Positions 18,776 through 27,344 of a DNA stretch of 49,027 bases are shown in pieces. Within the stretch, counting starts at the first letter, position 1. Every line of letters starts with the position of its first letter. The notes below the pieces were generated by a model. The model worked only from the letters and a program-made list of their open reading frames with translations. It was not told the DNA's origin and did not search any database. This stretch comes from an uncultured Muribaculaceae bacterium (GTDB taxonomy: Bacteria > Bacillota_I > Bacilli_A > RF39 > UBA660), in contig CAZELY010000006.1 of the NCBI GenBank assembly GCA_964513345.1, positions 1 to 49,027 of the forward strand, in the 5' to 3' direction. The position numbers and the translations under genes are program-made.

Positions 18776-19111
18776 TTATGATGATGTTTCTTTTCTATTA
18801 CTTGATAAAAATGTTATTTTTTCAGCAACTACTTCAGTATAATATTTTCTGCCTTCTTCCGTTTCGTAATTGCTGGTTTGAATTCTACCTTTGACACCAA
18901 CTAAATCACCTTTTTTACAATAATCAGTAGTACTTTGCGCTATGCCCTGCCATAGTTTGCAGCCAATATAATCAGTATCATATTCACCGTCAATATTTTT
19001 ATATGGTCTTGGGACTGCCAAGGTAATTCTAGTAACTTTTTTCCCACTTTCAGTTTCGAAGAGTTCTGGATCATTTACTAATCGGCCAACTAAAACTGTA
19101 TTATTTAACAT
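18776..19111 (-). CDS. ssb: Single-stranded DNA-binding protein, short form without acidic tail
   Basis: LNNTVLVGRLVNDPEL, KGDLVGVKGRIQT and TEVVAEKITFL OB-fold motifs. Confidence 0.93.
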   Translation of the reverse strand: MLNNTVLVGRLVNDPELFETESGKKVTRITLAVPRPYKNIDGEYDTDYIGCKLWQGIAQSTTDYCKKGDLVGVKGRIQTSNYETEEGRKYYTEVVAEKITFLSSNRKETSS

Positions 19112-19263
19112 AAACCCTCCTTTCCAAGTAAAATATACCTTAGTATTCCAAGAGGGGCAAATAAAAAAAACAGGTAAATTCTTTTATTTTCTTTTATAAT
19201 TTCCCTGTTTTATTATTATAAATTATATATTTTATAACTTTATTTTTTATTTAAAATACTAAA

Positions 19264-19623
19264 TTACCATGCTTTACAGTCAAATTTATATTCAATGTTT
19301 TTAATGCCCCCGGTTGCAAAATCAACTTGAACAGTAGCATATGTTTTATCATAATTACATTTAGCAAATGGTTTTAAATTATATGTTTCCCCTTCGTCGT
19401 TAGCGTCTTTAAGCATTTGTAAAGTTACTTTATATGCCGAAGTACCGCTATAAACACTCATATATTTATCAAAATAATCAGATACTGGACCTTTCAAATC
19501 CTTTTCTAAGTTAGTATCGTTTTGTTTGTTCATAAATATGTATCCGCCAGCTAAAGCTAACACAACGACACAAATAATTGCGATAATAACTATTTTCATA
19601 TTTCCCTTTTTACTTTTTTCCAT
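19264..19623 (-). CDS. Small membrane-anchored protein
   Basis: N-terminal TM ending LAGGYIFMNK; two Cys in the ectodomain. Confidence 0.75.
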   Translation of the reverse strand: MEKSKKGNMKIVIIAIICVVVLALAGGYIFMNKQNDTNLEKDLKGPVSDYFDKYMSVYSGTSAYKVTLQMLKDANDEGETYNLKPFAKCNYDKTYATVQVDFATGGIKNIEYKFDCKAW

Positions 19624-19633
19624 ACATTTCCTC

Positions 19634-20956
19634 CTAAAAATAACTTTTCATTAAAGCATTTAATTCCACTGCATATTCCATTGGCAAATTCTCTCTAAAT
19701 TCTTCAATAAAGCCCATAATTAATAATTCTTTGGCTTTTTCTTCATCCAATCCTCTACTCATTAAATAAAATAGTTTGTCTTCATCTAATTTAGAAACTG
19801 TAGCTTCATGTTCTAAAAAAGATGAATTATTGCATACAACATTTTTGGGAATTGTATCACTTTTAGATTTGTTATCTAGTAATATTGTATCACATTTGAC
19901 CGTACTTTGCGAGTTTTTTGCATCTTTTCCGATAAAAACTGTTCCACGATAACTAGCATCGCCACCCGAAGCCGCAATCGACTTACTTATTATGTTGCTT
20001 TTAGTATGAGGAGCTAAATGAATCATTTTGGCTCCAGCATCTTGAATTTGCTTTTTAGTAGCTACCGCAATCGAAATGCAGTTACCACAGGCACCATTTT
20101 CTTTTAAAACGCAACACGGGTATTTCATATTTATTTTTGAACCAATATTGCCATCGATCCATTCCATAAGTCCATTTTCTAAAACTTGCGCACGTTTCGT
20201 AACTAAGTTATATACATTATCAGCCCAATTTTGAATAGTTGTATATCTACATGATGCATTTTTACCAACATATATTTCAACCACAGCAGCGTGCAGTGAA
20301 TCTTCCAAGTGATAAGTCGCCGTGCAACCTTCCATATAATGAACATGACTATTGTCATCAACAATGATTAATGTTCTTTCGAATTGACCCATGTTTTTAG
20401 TATCTAGTCTAAAATAACTTTGCAGAGGTCTATCAATTGTTGTATTCGGTGGAATATAAATAAAAGTTCCGCCACTCCATACGGCGCCATTCAAGGCTGT
20501 ATATTTATTTTCATCATATTTTACTAGTTTGTTAAAATATTTTTTAAATATTTCAGGGTGATTTTTTAACCCATCATCGGTGCTGCAAAAAATAACATTT
20601 TTATCTTCTAACTCTTTTATCATATTATGATAAACAACTTCACTTTCATATTGAGCCCCAATACCATCTAAATATTTTTTTTCAGCATCAATCAAGCCAA
20701 TTTTATCAAAAGTGTTTTTTATATTGCAGGCAACATTTTGCCAGTCATTTTCAACTTTTTTACTAACGCTTTTATAATAATTAATTTTATCAAAATCTAT
20801 TTTTAATTCTGGTCCAAAGTTAGGATTAGGTTTTTCGATGAAAGTTTTATATGCTTGCAGACGAAAATCGGTCATCCATTTTGGTTCACCTTTTATTTTT
20901 GATATTTCTTTGATTTTTTCTTCTGAAAGACCTAATTCCTGTTTCATTTTTTTCAC
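19634..20956 (-). CDS. sufB: Fe-S cluster assembly protein SufB
   Basis: GIGAQYESEVVYH, WSGGTFIY, GQFERTLII, YMEGCTA and EHEATVSK motifs. Confidence 0.97.
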   Translation of the reverse strand: MKKMKQELGLSEEKIKEISKIKGEPKWMTDFRLQAYKTFIEKPNPNFGPELKIDFDKINYYKSVSKKVENDWQNVACNIKNTFDKIGLIDAEKKYLDGIGAQYESEVVYHNMIKELEDKNVIFCSTDDGLKNHPEIFKKYFNKLVKYDENKYTALNGAVWSGGTFIYIPPNTTIDRPLQSYFRLDTKNMGQFERTLIIVDDNSHVHYMEGCTATYHLEDSLHAAVVEIYVGKNASCRYTTIQNWADNVYNLVTKRAQVLENGLMEWIDGNIGSKINMKYPCCVLKENGACGNCISIAVATKKQIQDAGAKMIHLAPHTKSNIISKSIAASGGDASYRGTVFIGKDAKNSQSTVKCDTILLDNKSKSDTIPKNVVCNNSSFLEHEATVSKLDEDKLFYLMSRGLDEEKAKELLIMGFIEEFRENLPMEYAVELNALMKSYF

Positions 20957-21002
20957 CTACTTTATTATACTAGATTTAACAAAAAATAAAAAGAGAAAAT
21001 TA

Positions 21003-21428
21003 TTATTTCTCTAATTCTTTTAATACTTTTTCAATGCCCCACCACGATAAAAGTACACATTTTTTTCTGTTTGGTTGCTTATATGTATCATCATAAACAA
21101 TTGCGCTTTCCAAGATACTTCCATCATATTCTTTTTCATCAATCATATTTAAGAAATTTTCTAAAATATCTTTAACTTCATCGATATTTTTTCCAGTTAA
21201 TGTTTCGATCATAATAGACGTCGAACTTATACACATCGCACACGCCTCACCATCAAAACGTATATCTTTAATTTTATTATTTTCAATTTTAACCATTAAA
21301 TTAACTTCATCGATACAGCTTTCATTGTTCATATTTACTTTTATATAACCATTATCATCTATTAATCCCCTATTTTTAGGATTTTGATAATTTTCTAATA
21401 TTATTTCTCTTTTTAAGTTACTATCCAT
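21003..21428 (-). CDS. sufU: SUF system sulfur-transfer protein SufU (NifU-like)
   Basis: NPKNRG, NESCID, GEACAMCISS and RKKC motifs. Confidence 0.92.
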   Translation of the reverse strand: MDSNLKREIILENYQNPKNRGLIDDNGYIKVNMNNESCIDEVNLMVKIENNKIKDIRFDGEACAMCISSTSIMIETLTGKNIDEVKDILENFLNMIDEKEYDGSILESAIVYDDTYKQPNRKKCVLLSWWGIEKVLKELEK

Positions 21429-21490
21429 AATATCACCGAAATAATTATAACTTAATTATTATTTTAAATCAAGAAAAAGCACTATTGTGC

Positions 21491-21754
21491 TTATCTCGAT
21501 TCAACAATTAATTTGATAGCAGTTCGCTCTTCACCATCGATTATAATATCAGTGAAAGCCGGAATACATATTAAATTCTTGCCACTTGGCGCTACAAAAC
21601 CTCTAGCAATCGCGATAGCTTTGATGGCTTGATTTAAAGCTCCAGCGCCTATGGCTTGTATTTCAACTATTCCTTTTTCTCTAAATACATTGGCCAAAGC
21701 GCCAGCAACTGAATTAGGGTTTGATTTAGCCCTTACCTTAAGTGTTTCTGTCAT
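21491..21754 (-). CDS. spoVS: Stage V sporulation protein S
   Basis: LKVRAKSNPNSVAGALA...QAIGAGALNQAIKAIAIARGFVAPSG. Confidence 0.97.
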   Translation of the reverse strand: MTETLKVRAKSNPNSVAGALANVFREKGIVEIQAIGAGALNQAIKAIAIARGFVAPSGKNLICIPAFTDIIIDGEERTAIKLIVESR

Positions 21755-21819
21755 TATTTCCTCCTTTAAGATATTTAATTATATTCAAAAAAAGAAAAAT
21801 TAATACTTTTAAAAATTTG

Positions 21820-21848
21820 TTGACATTTTTACTAAATATATGTATAAT
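21820..21848 (+). promoter_or_regulatory. Consensus sigma-A promoter of tRNA-Gly(TCC)
   Basis: TTGACA-N17-TATAAT. Confidence 0.9.
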
Positions 21849-21866
21849 TATAAATGCCTACTATTT

Positions 21867-21940
<74 letters not shown>

Positions 21941-21950
21941 GGTTGATAGT

Positions 21951-21979
21951 AAGTTCAAACTTTTATGTTTGAACTTTTT
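21951..21979 (+). terminator. Terminator after tRNA-Gly(TCC), inside cassette A
   Basis: AAGTTCAAAC-TTTTAT-GTTTGAACTT followed by TTT. Confidence 0.75.
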
Positions 21980-22308
21980 ATATGTCCCACTAATTTTAAG
22001 ATTTTTATAAAAGTGGGCCTATTACTTTTCCTTATTTTATAACATTTTTTATCAATTACGATTAGTAATTGGGATAGATTTTGCAAGTGCAAAATAAGAA
22101 TGATACTACGTAAAACCCGTTATTTTTCAAAGAAAAATAGGTGTCGTGGTATCATCTTCTTATCCTGATAAAAATTTTTACTTAAAATTTAGAAGTTTTT
22201 GGGATATGTAAATTAAAACTGTAAAGTACAATTTTTTATAGTAATATCTACACCATTTTTATTAGATGCATGATAAAATGTTGTTGTAGAAAATAGGAGG
22301 TAAAAATT

Positions 22309-22872
22309 ATGGAAAACAAAAGTACAGGAAAAACTGTAGCAATAATTATTTTATTACTTGCGGTATTAGGGTTGGGTGGATATATTATTTTTGACAAAGT
22401 ATTAAATACTAAAGAGGAACCAACTATAGTTGAAGATAATGCGAAAACAAATGAAACTAGTATTCAAACATACAATTATAACGATGTTAAAGGATTATAT
22501 ACGTACACAGGGCAACAAGTCCATAGTGAAGCAAATGATGGAAATATAACTCCTAAATATGAATTATATTTATATGAAAATGGAATGTTCTATTATAACT
22601 ATGCATATCTTGCAGGTGAAGGGAAAATAGGAAACTACACAATTGTTAATAATACTATAGTTCTTAATAATTTGTTTGATACCCATAGTGATGTTTCACT
22701 TACTACTACCAACGGAACAAATGCTTTAACTATAAACGAAGATGGTTCATTAACTGATAATAATCAACCTATTTCGATTGTTAAAGAGCAAACAATAACT
22801 CTTAAAAAAACACCAACTAATGTTAACTATCAAGATGTACAAGATAAATTTAAATCAGCATTTGCCAATTAA
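22309..22872 (+). CDS. Cassette A cargo: membrane-anchored surface protein, GLGGYI(V/I)(Y/F)DK family
   Basis: AGGAGG RBS, MENKSTGK + TM + LGLGGYIIFDKVLN, Asn/Thr-rich beta ectodomain. Confidence 0.9.
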   Translation: MENKSTGKTVAIIILLLAVLGLGGYIIFDKVLNTKEEPTIVEDNAKTNETSIQTYNYNDVKGLYTYTGQQVHSEANDGNITPKYELYLYENGMFYYNYAYLAGEGKIGNYTIVNNTIVLNNLFDTHSDVSLTTTNGTNALTINEDGSLTDNNQPISIVKEQTITLKKTPTNVNYQDVQDKFKSAFAN

Positions 22873-22939
22873 TAGTTAAAAACAGTATTAATTATAAAAT
22901 AAGCAGTTGTGCTACATTTTATTATTAAACAATAATAAA

Positions 22940-23016
22940 TTAATGCAGTTAGTAAGTCTAATTACTAATGTTTGGACTTGTGAAAAAGTTGCCAGACTTC
23001 TTCTTCACCCGCTCCA
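22940..23016 (+). repeat. Conserved cassette right arm + att core (copy 1)
   Basis: 61/66 identical to the reverse complement of 43664-43729, followed by the tRNA 3' fragment. Confidence 0.92.
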
Positions 23017-23025
23017 TTTAATAAT

Positions 23026-23056
23026 TAAATCACAAATTTTAATAATTTGTGATTTT
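23026..23056. terminator. Probable original tRNA-Gly(TCC) terminator, displaced
   Basis: AAATCACAAATT-TTAAT-AATTTGTGATTT followed by TT, about 10 nt after the att repeat. Confidence 0.7.
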
Positions 23057-23100
23057 TATTTTCCTGCAATCGCGGTATTATTTCAAACAAAAAAGAGCAT

Positions 23101-23421
23101 TTATTGCTCTTTTCCACAAGATTTGCAGAATTTCGAATCGGCATCGATTTTACTACCACAATGTTTACAATATATGCCATCTTCTTCAGTAAATCCCTTT
23201 TTTATAGCTCTCGTGGTAGTTTCAATTCCATCTTTAGTAGCGTCAGCCATATCCGTCGAAATACTATGAATATCTTCCTTTGATTCATCCATCATATATT
23301 TCATAGACTTTACCTGTTTACTCATCATTTTAGCCCTTGCTTTCGGACTAAACATTAAAACAAACACAAATATAAATATTAATATTGCAATGCCAAATAT
23401 AATATATATCATACCAAACAT
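23101..23421 (-). CDS. Membrane protein with C-terminal zinc ribbon
   Basis: N-terminal TM and YCKHCGSKIDADSKFCKSCG. Confidence 0.85.
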   Translation of the reverse strand: MFGMIYIIFGIAILIFIFVFVLMFSPKARAKMMSKQVKSMKYMMDESKEDIHSISTDMADATKDGIETTTRAIKKGFTEEDGIYCKHCGSKIDADSKFCKSCGKEQ

Positions 23422-23458
23422 CAAATCATCCTTCCTATTATCATTATAGCATATTTTA

Positions 23459-24220
23459 TTATTTCTTGGCTAAGAAAGCCATGAATTGTGGAAATTCATG
23501 ATACCTATACCAATAATTGTAATCTAAATCTTTAAGTTCATCCACACATATTGATTCTTTAAAATCTTCTATTTGAAAACCAACTTTTTTTAACATTTGA
23601 AAATGCGCTGAAGGTGAAGCAATGTACATTAAAAATGTCATATCTTCACATGCTAAATATTCTTCTATTTTAGTAAAAGTATTATAATTACCATATATCT
23701 TATTTTCTTTATTAGAGTTTTGATACCCCAATAATTTAAACTCTTTATTATCTATCCTTATTTTTTCGCTAGTCCATCTCATTGGATGGCCTACTGAAAA
23801 TAAAAAATTGCCGTCTTTTTTTAACACTCTATAAACTTCTTTATATACTTTTTCGGGATCACTTGAATAATGTATGGACAAGCTACTATATACAAAATCA
23901 AAACTATTGTCATCAAATGGCAATTCATGCATATTCCCTACTATAAATTCATAGTTAGGATATGTTTCTCTAGCAATTTCAATTGATGGTTCTGAAATAT
24001 CAAGACCAATAATTTCTGATGGTTTAAATTTCTCCAATAATTTAGATTCTTCGCCAGTTCCACAACCAAGCATTAAAACTTTTTTACCTTTTAAATCTGG
24101 CATCATGCTTTTCATCATTGGCTTTTCTACAAAACTATGTGCTCTATTAACGTTACTTAATAATTCCTTTTGTCGTTCTTTTGCTTTGCCATCATAGTCA
24201 TTAATTTTACTATTCATCAT
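23459..24220 (-). CDS. Class I SAM-dependent methyltransferase
   Basis: KKVLMLGCGTG, GLDIS, FDFVYSSL and VLKKDG motifs. Confidence 0.9.
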   Translation of the reverse strand: MMNSKINDYDGKAKERQKELLSNVNRAHSFVEKPMMKSMMPDLKGKKVLMLGCGTGEESKLLEKFKPSEIIGLDISEPSIEIARETYPNYEFIVGNMHELPFDDNSFDFVYSSLSIHYSSDPEKVYKEVYRVLKKDGNFLFSVGHPMRWTSEKIRIDNKEFKLLGYQNSNKENKIYGNYNTFTKIEEYLACEDMTFLMYIASPSAHFQMLKKVGFQIEDFKESICVDELKDLDYNYWYRYHEFPQFMAFLAKK

Positions 24221-24284
24221 ATCACCTATAAATATTATACCATTAAAATGAATTTAATTGTGCTATAATATATATGGTGATTAT

Positions 24285-24803
24285 ATGATAGCACTAATAG
24301 TGGCAAATATTCTCCTTTTTATCGCATCAATTATTGGCGTATACAATGGCTACTTAAAAGATAAAAAAAGAATAATAATAAATCATTCTATAAATTTAAT
24401 TTTATCACTTATATCATATCTTCTTTTAGGAGGATATTCAGGAGCAATTATATGCTTTGCAGGACTTTTGAGAAATTTTTTGGCCTATAACGAAAGATTA
24501 GACTGGCCAACTAAAATATTATTAATTGCGGTTGCTGGGGCATTAATCGTCTCATTTAACAATTATGGCTTGGTAGGATATTTTCCATTAATTAATTTTG
24601 CTGTCTATACTTCAATTATCGACACTAAAAATATGTTACTGTTTAAAAGAGTTTGCGCTTTTAATTGCATTTTAAGTGGATTATATAATTTTGTTCTTTT
24701 TGCCTTCTCAGCATTTGCCTTTAACGTTATAACTTTAATAATGAATTTAATAGCTATTTATCAAATAAAATATAAAAATATTAATAAAATGAAAAAAATT
24801 TAA
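24285..24803 (+). CDS. YgjV-like inner membrane protein
   Basis: Six TM segments with LLGGYSGA...LLRN pattern; start placed at MIALIV. Confidence 0.7.
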   Translation: MIALIVANILLFIASIIGVYNGYLKDKKRIIINHSINLILSLISYLLLGGYSGAIICFAGLLRNFLAYNERLDWPTKILLIAVAGALIVSFNNYGLVGYFPLINFAVYTSIIDTKNMLLFKRVCAFNCILSGLYNFVLFAFSAFAFNVITLIMNLIAIYQIKYKNINKMKKI

Positions 24804-24811
24804 AAAAAGGG

Positions 24812-24924
24812 TTGACAAACATATTTTATATGTTATAATGAATACAGTGATTTAATTGATTCAATTAAATCACTACAGGGAAAGATTATTACGATATTAA
24901 TTGTAATTGGTCTTTCCCTTTTTT
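24812..24924 (+). promoter_or_regulatory. Promoter, 14-bp inverted repeat and leader terminator
   Basis: TTGACA-N16-TATAAT; AGTGATTTAATTGA-T-TCAATTAAATCACT (24846-24874); GGGAAAGATTATTAC...GTAATTGGTCTTTCCC followed by T6 (24878-24924). Confidence 0.7.
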
Positions 24925-24950
24925 GTTTTAAAATAGGAGGTTGATAAGAA

Positions 24951-25457
24951 ATGAAAACAAATTTGACGAACTTAATGAGTATTCTTTCAGAAGAAGAAAA
25001 GAAATTTTCTGATTATTTATTAAACTTAAGAAAGCTTGCTTATACATCAGAAATTCAAGAACTTGATGGTACTATTAATGTTACCCAAGATTTTAAAAGT
25101 GATTTTGATGAAGCCTTTGCAGATTGCAAGAGCATTCAAAAAAGAATCACTAAATTAAAATCTGTTATTAGTGAAAAAAACAATGAGTTTAAGCTTGAAG
25201 ATGGTCGTACCATTCAAGAAGCAATCTACGATAATACAAATTTGCGAAAACTTAAAACTCTATACAATACTTTAATTCCTTTAAGAGATTCTAAAGAAAG
25301 GGTTACTGAAGTACATAATTCATACTTTGAATGTAAAAAAGTAAACTTTGATTTAAAAACTCTAAAAAAAGAATTAAAAGAGATTGAAAACAAAATACAA
25401 CAAACAGATTTTGAAATTTCTAAGTTAAATTCAATAGAATTTGAAATAGAAATGTAA
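24951..25457 (+). CDS. Coiled-coil hypothetical protein (DIP1984-like by resemblance)
   Basis: AGGAGG RBS; long helical segments, RITKLK..I...N...KL.DG.TI.EAI and E.KIQQ..N pattern. Confidence 0.6.
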   Translation: MKTNLTNLMSILSEEEKKFSDYLLNLRKLAYTSEIQELDGTINVTQDFKSDFDEAFADCKSIQKRITKLKSVISEKNNEFKLEDGRTIQEAIYDNTNLRKLKTLYNTLIPLRDSKERVTEVHNSYFECKKVNFDLKTLKKELKEIENKIQQTDFEISKLNSIEFEIEM

Positions 25458-25460
25458 TAG

Positions 25461-25680
25461 ATGGTGCTTGCGAATTCTAGCAAGGTAAATGAGATAGATA
25501 TCTAAAGCCATTATCTTTCCCAAATGTTTTATATTTATAGTAAATTTAATAGGTATTGAGATTCTATTTTGAATAATTTACATTATACGATTTATTAACT
25601 GTTACAATTTATAATTTATTATATGTGCTTTAATTATTGTTTTTATGTAATACTATGGATATATAAATATGCGGGGGAGA
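25461..25680 (+). ncRNA. Candidate structured ncRNA
   Basis: 5' domain AUGGU/GCCAU enclosing a CUUGC/GCAAG hairpin; ~27-bp long-range stem 25514-25542 with 25651-25680 containing several G-U pairs; no ORF. Confidence 0.55.
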
Positions 25681-25703
25681 TTAAAAGGATGATCACTAAG
25701 TGA

Positions 25704-26171
25704 TCATCCTTTTTTATTAACTAATCTCATAACTTTTCTAATACTCTTAACCAATATTTGTTTAACTCTTTCTCTAGATAAATCAAATTCATCCATCAAT
25801 TGTTCAATTGTATAGTTATATCCGTCTATCAAACCAAAACGCCTGCCTATAATTTTTTGCTCACGCTCATTTAAAACATCTATATTGTTTTTTATTGTTA
25901 ATTTTAATTTTTCATATTCGTTATTATCCTTAATACAAATTTCATTATTTGAGACATAGCAGTCATAAGGATGATGATACTCATTTTTCTTTATCTCTGT
26001 TTTTTTCAGTAGTTCTTTCATATCAACAACATCTTGTAATTTTTCATCTAATAAAGTAGCCAATTCTTCGTTAGTTGGAGTTCTTTTATTTGTTTCTTTA
26101 AACTTCTTTTCAGCTTTTAACATTTTATTAATTCTTTCAACAAAATAAACTGATACTTTTAAATTTTTCAT
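25704..26171 (-). CDS. Sigma-70 region 3/4-only protein
   Basis: RTPTNEELA (region 3) and LNEREQKIIGRRFGL...SRERVKQI (region 4); region 2 absent. Confidence 0.8.
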   Translation of the reverse strand: MKNLKVSVYFVERINKMLKAEKKFKETNKRTPTNEELATLLDEKLQDVVDMKELLKKTEIKKNEYHHPYDCYVSNNEICIKDNNEYEKLKLTIKNNIDVLNEREQKIIGRRFGLIDGYNYTIEQLMDEFDLSRERVKQILVKSIRKVMRLVNKKG

Positions 26172-26295
26172 AATATCTCTCCTACGCTAAATAATTATAT
26201 ATCACAAAATTATTTACCTGACAACCGATTTATTAGAAAAATATAGATTTTTAATAAATAATATGATATATTAAAATTGTAAAGGAGTTGTATGT

Positions 26296-27072
26296 ATGGC
26301 AAAGCAAAAGAAAATTGTTGACATTACAAAAGAAGACACAAAATCTAAAGAAAGGTATGGAGTTGATTCTAACAAAAAAATTGTTAAATTAGAAGATAAA
26401 GGTGATCCTAAAAAACGTGCCAAATGTAAACGTATTTGGGCAATAGTTTTATGGGTTATAGCTATAGCTTTTGAAGTAATTGCAATTTTAAGATTAAATG
26501 GCACTATCGAGTGGTTTGCCAGTTTAAGTGTTGAAGCTTTTATAATAATATGTATTATTCTTGATTTAGCTTTTGTTATTCCTGGTTCCCTACTATGGAA
26601 AAAAGCTAATCACATCGATCCAGCTTCAGAAAAAGATCCAACAAAATTCTGGCTAGCAAACAATTTGGGAACTATAATTTCAGTAATAGCTTTCTTACCA
26701 TTAATCATCTTAGTTCTAGTGAACAAAGATCTAGATAAAAAATCTAAGGCCATTGTTTCGATTATAGCTGTAGTTGCGATGCTAATAGCCGGCGTAACTA
26801 GTTATGACTTCAATCCAGTATCACAAGAGCAATTAGCTCAAGCTGAAGAAGAAGTTGAAGCTGTTGGAACACTTGGTGATGATGGCAAATATCATGTATA
26901 TTGGGCCCCACATAGTAAAAAATATCATGTTGATCCAGATTGCCCAGCATTTTCACAAAGCGAAACAATATACGAAGGTACGGTTAAACAAGCTTTTGAA
27001 AATAATTTAACTGATCCATGTAGAAGATGTATTCCAGCTTTGGACAAACAAGACCACGGGGATGAAAAATAA
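26296..27072 (+). CDS. Membrane protein with C-terminal Cys/His metal-binding domain
   Basis: Four TM segments, then VYWAPHSKKYHVDPDC...PCRRC. Confidence 0.75.
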   Translation: MAKQKKIVDITKEDTKSKERYGVDSNKKIVKLEDKGDPKKRAKCKRIWAIVLWVIAIAFEVIAILRLNGTIEWFASLSVEAFIIICIILDLAFVIPGSLLWKKANHIDPASEKDPTKFWLANNLGTIISVIAFLPLIILVLVNKDLDKKSKAIVSIIAVVAMLIAGVTSYDFNPVSQEQLAQAEEEVEAVGTLGDDGKYHVYWAPHSKKYHVDPDCPAFSQSETIYEGTVKQAFENNLTDPCRRCIPALDKQDHGDEK

Positions 27073-27326
27073 TGGCTAAAAAAATTGTTAAAGTCGAAGA
27101 TACAAAAAAAACTAAAAAATCAGTTAACTTAGGTAAAATTGCTTCAACTATTATGGAAAATACAGATGCCGTTGAAAAAATTGTTGATGGCATTAGTGAT
27201 ATTATGAACAGTGATACAAAATCGTCAAATAAGAAAACAACAAAGAAAAAATCGACAAAAAAATCAGCTAATAAAGACAATTTATCAACAGTAATTGATA
27301 TTGCTGAAAAGATATTTAAAAAATAG
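27072..27326 (+). CDS. Small Lys-rich hypothetical protein
   Basis: Translationally coupled (TAATG overlap) to the upstream gene. Confidence 0.7.
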   Translation: MAKKIVKVEDTKKTKKSVNLGKIASTIMENTDAVEKIVDGISDIMNSDTKSSNKKTTKKKSTKKSANKDNLSTVIDIAEKIFKK

Positions 27327-27344
27327 AACGAATTGTTCTATTTT

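Larger units (their letters stand above)
21941..23016 (+). mobile_element. Mini-island/cassette A integrated at the 3' end of tRNA-Gly(TCC)
   Basis: 12-bp direct repeat TCACCCGCTCCA at 21929-21940 and 23005-23016; ends homologous to cassette B; a terminator follows the distal repeat. Confidence 0.85.

Noticed and set aside
18060-19111. Prophage call for the XRE pair plus ssb
   Set aside because: No integrase, terminase, structural genes or att repeats, and the flanks are ordinary chromosomal genes.
19634-21428. sufU-sufB without sufC/D/S as a novel minimal system
   Set aside because: The other suf genes may simply lie elsewhere in the genome; this cannot be judged from the window.
22945-23016. 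Integron attC/attI interpretation of the cassette arm
   Set aside because: GTTAGTA does not fit the GTTRRRY core, no attC-type long hairpin is evident, and the duplicated tRNA 3' end points to tRNA-targeted integration instead.
22907-23269. 120-aa plus-strand ORF spanning the cassette A right end
   Set aside because: It has no RBS, crosses the att repeat and terminator, and overlaps the antisense zinc-ribbon gene; the homologous DNA in cassette B is not coding.
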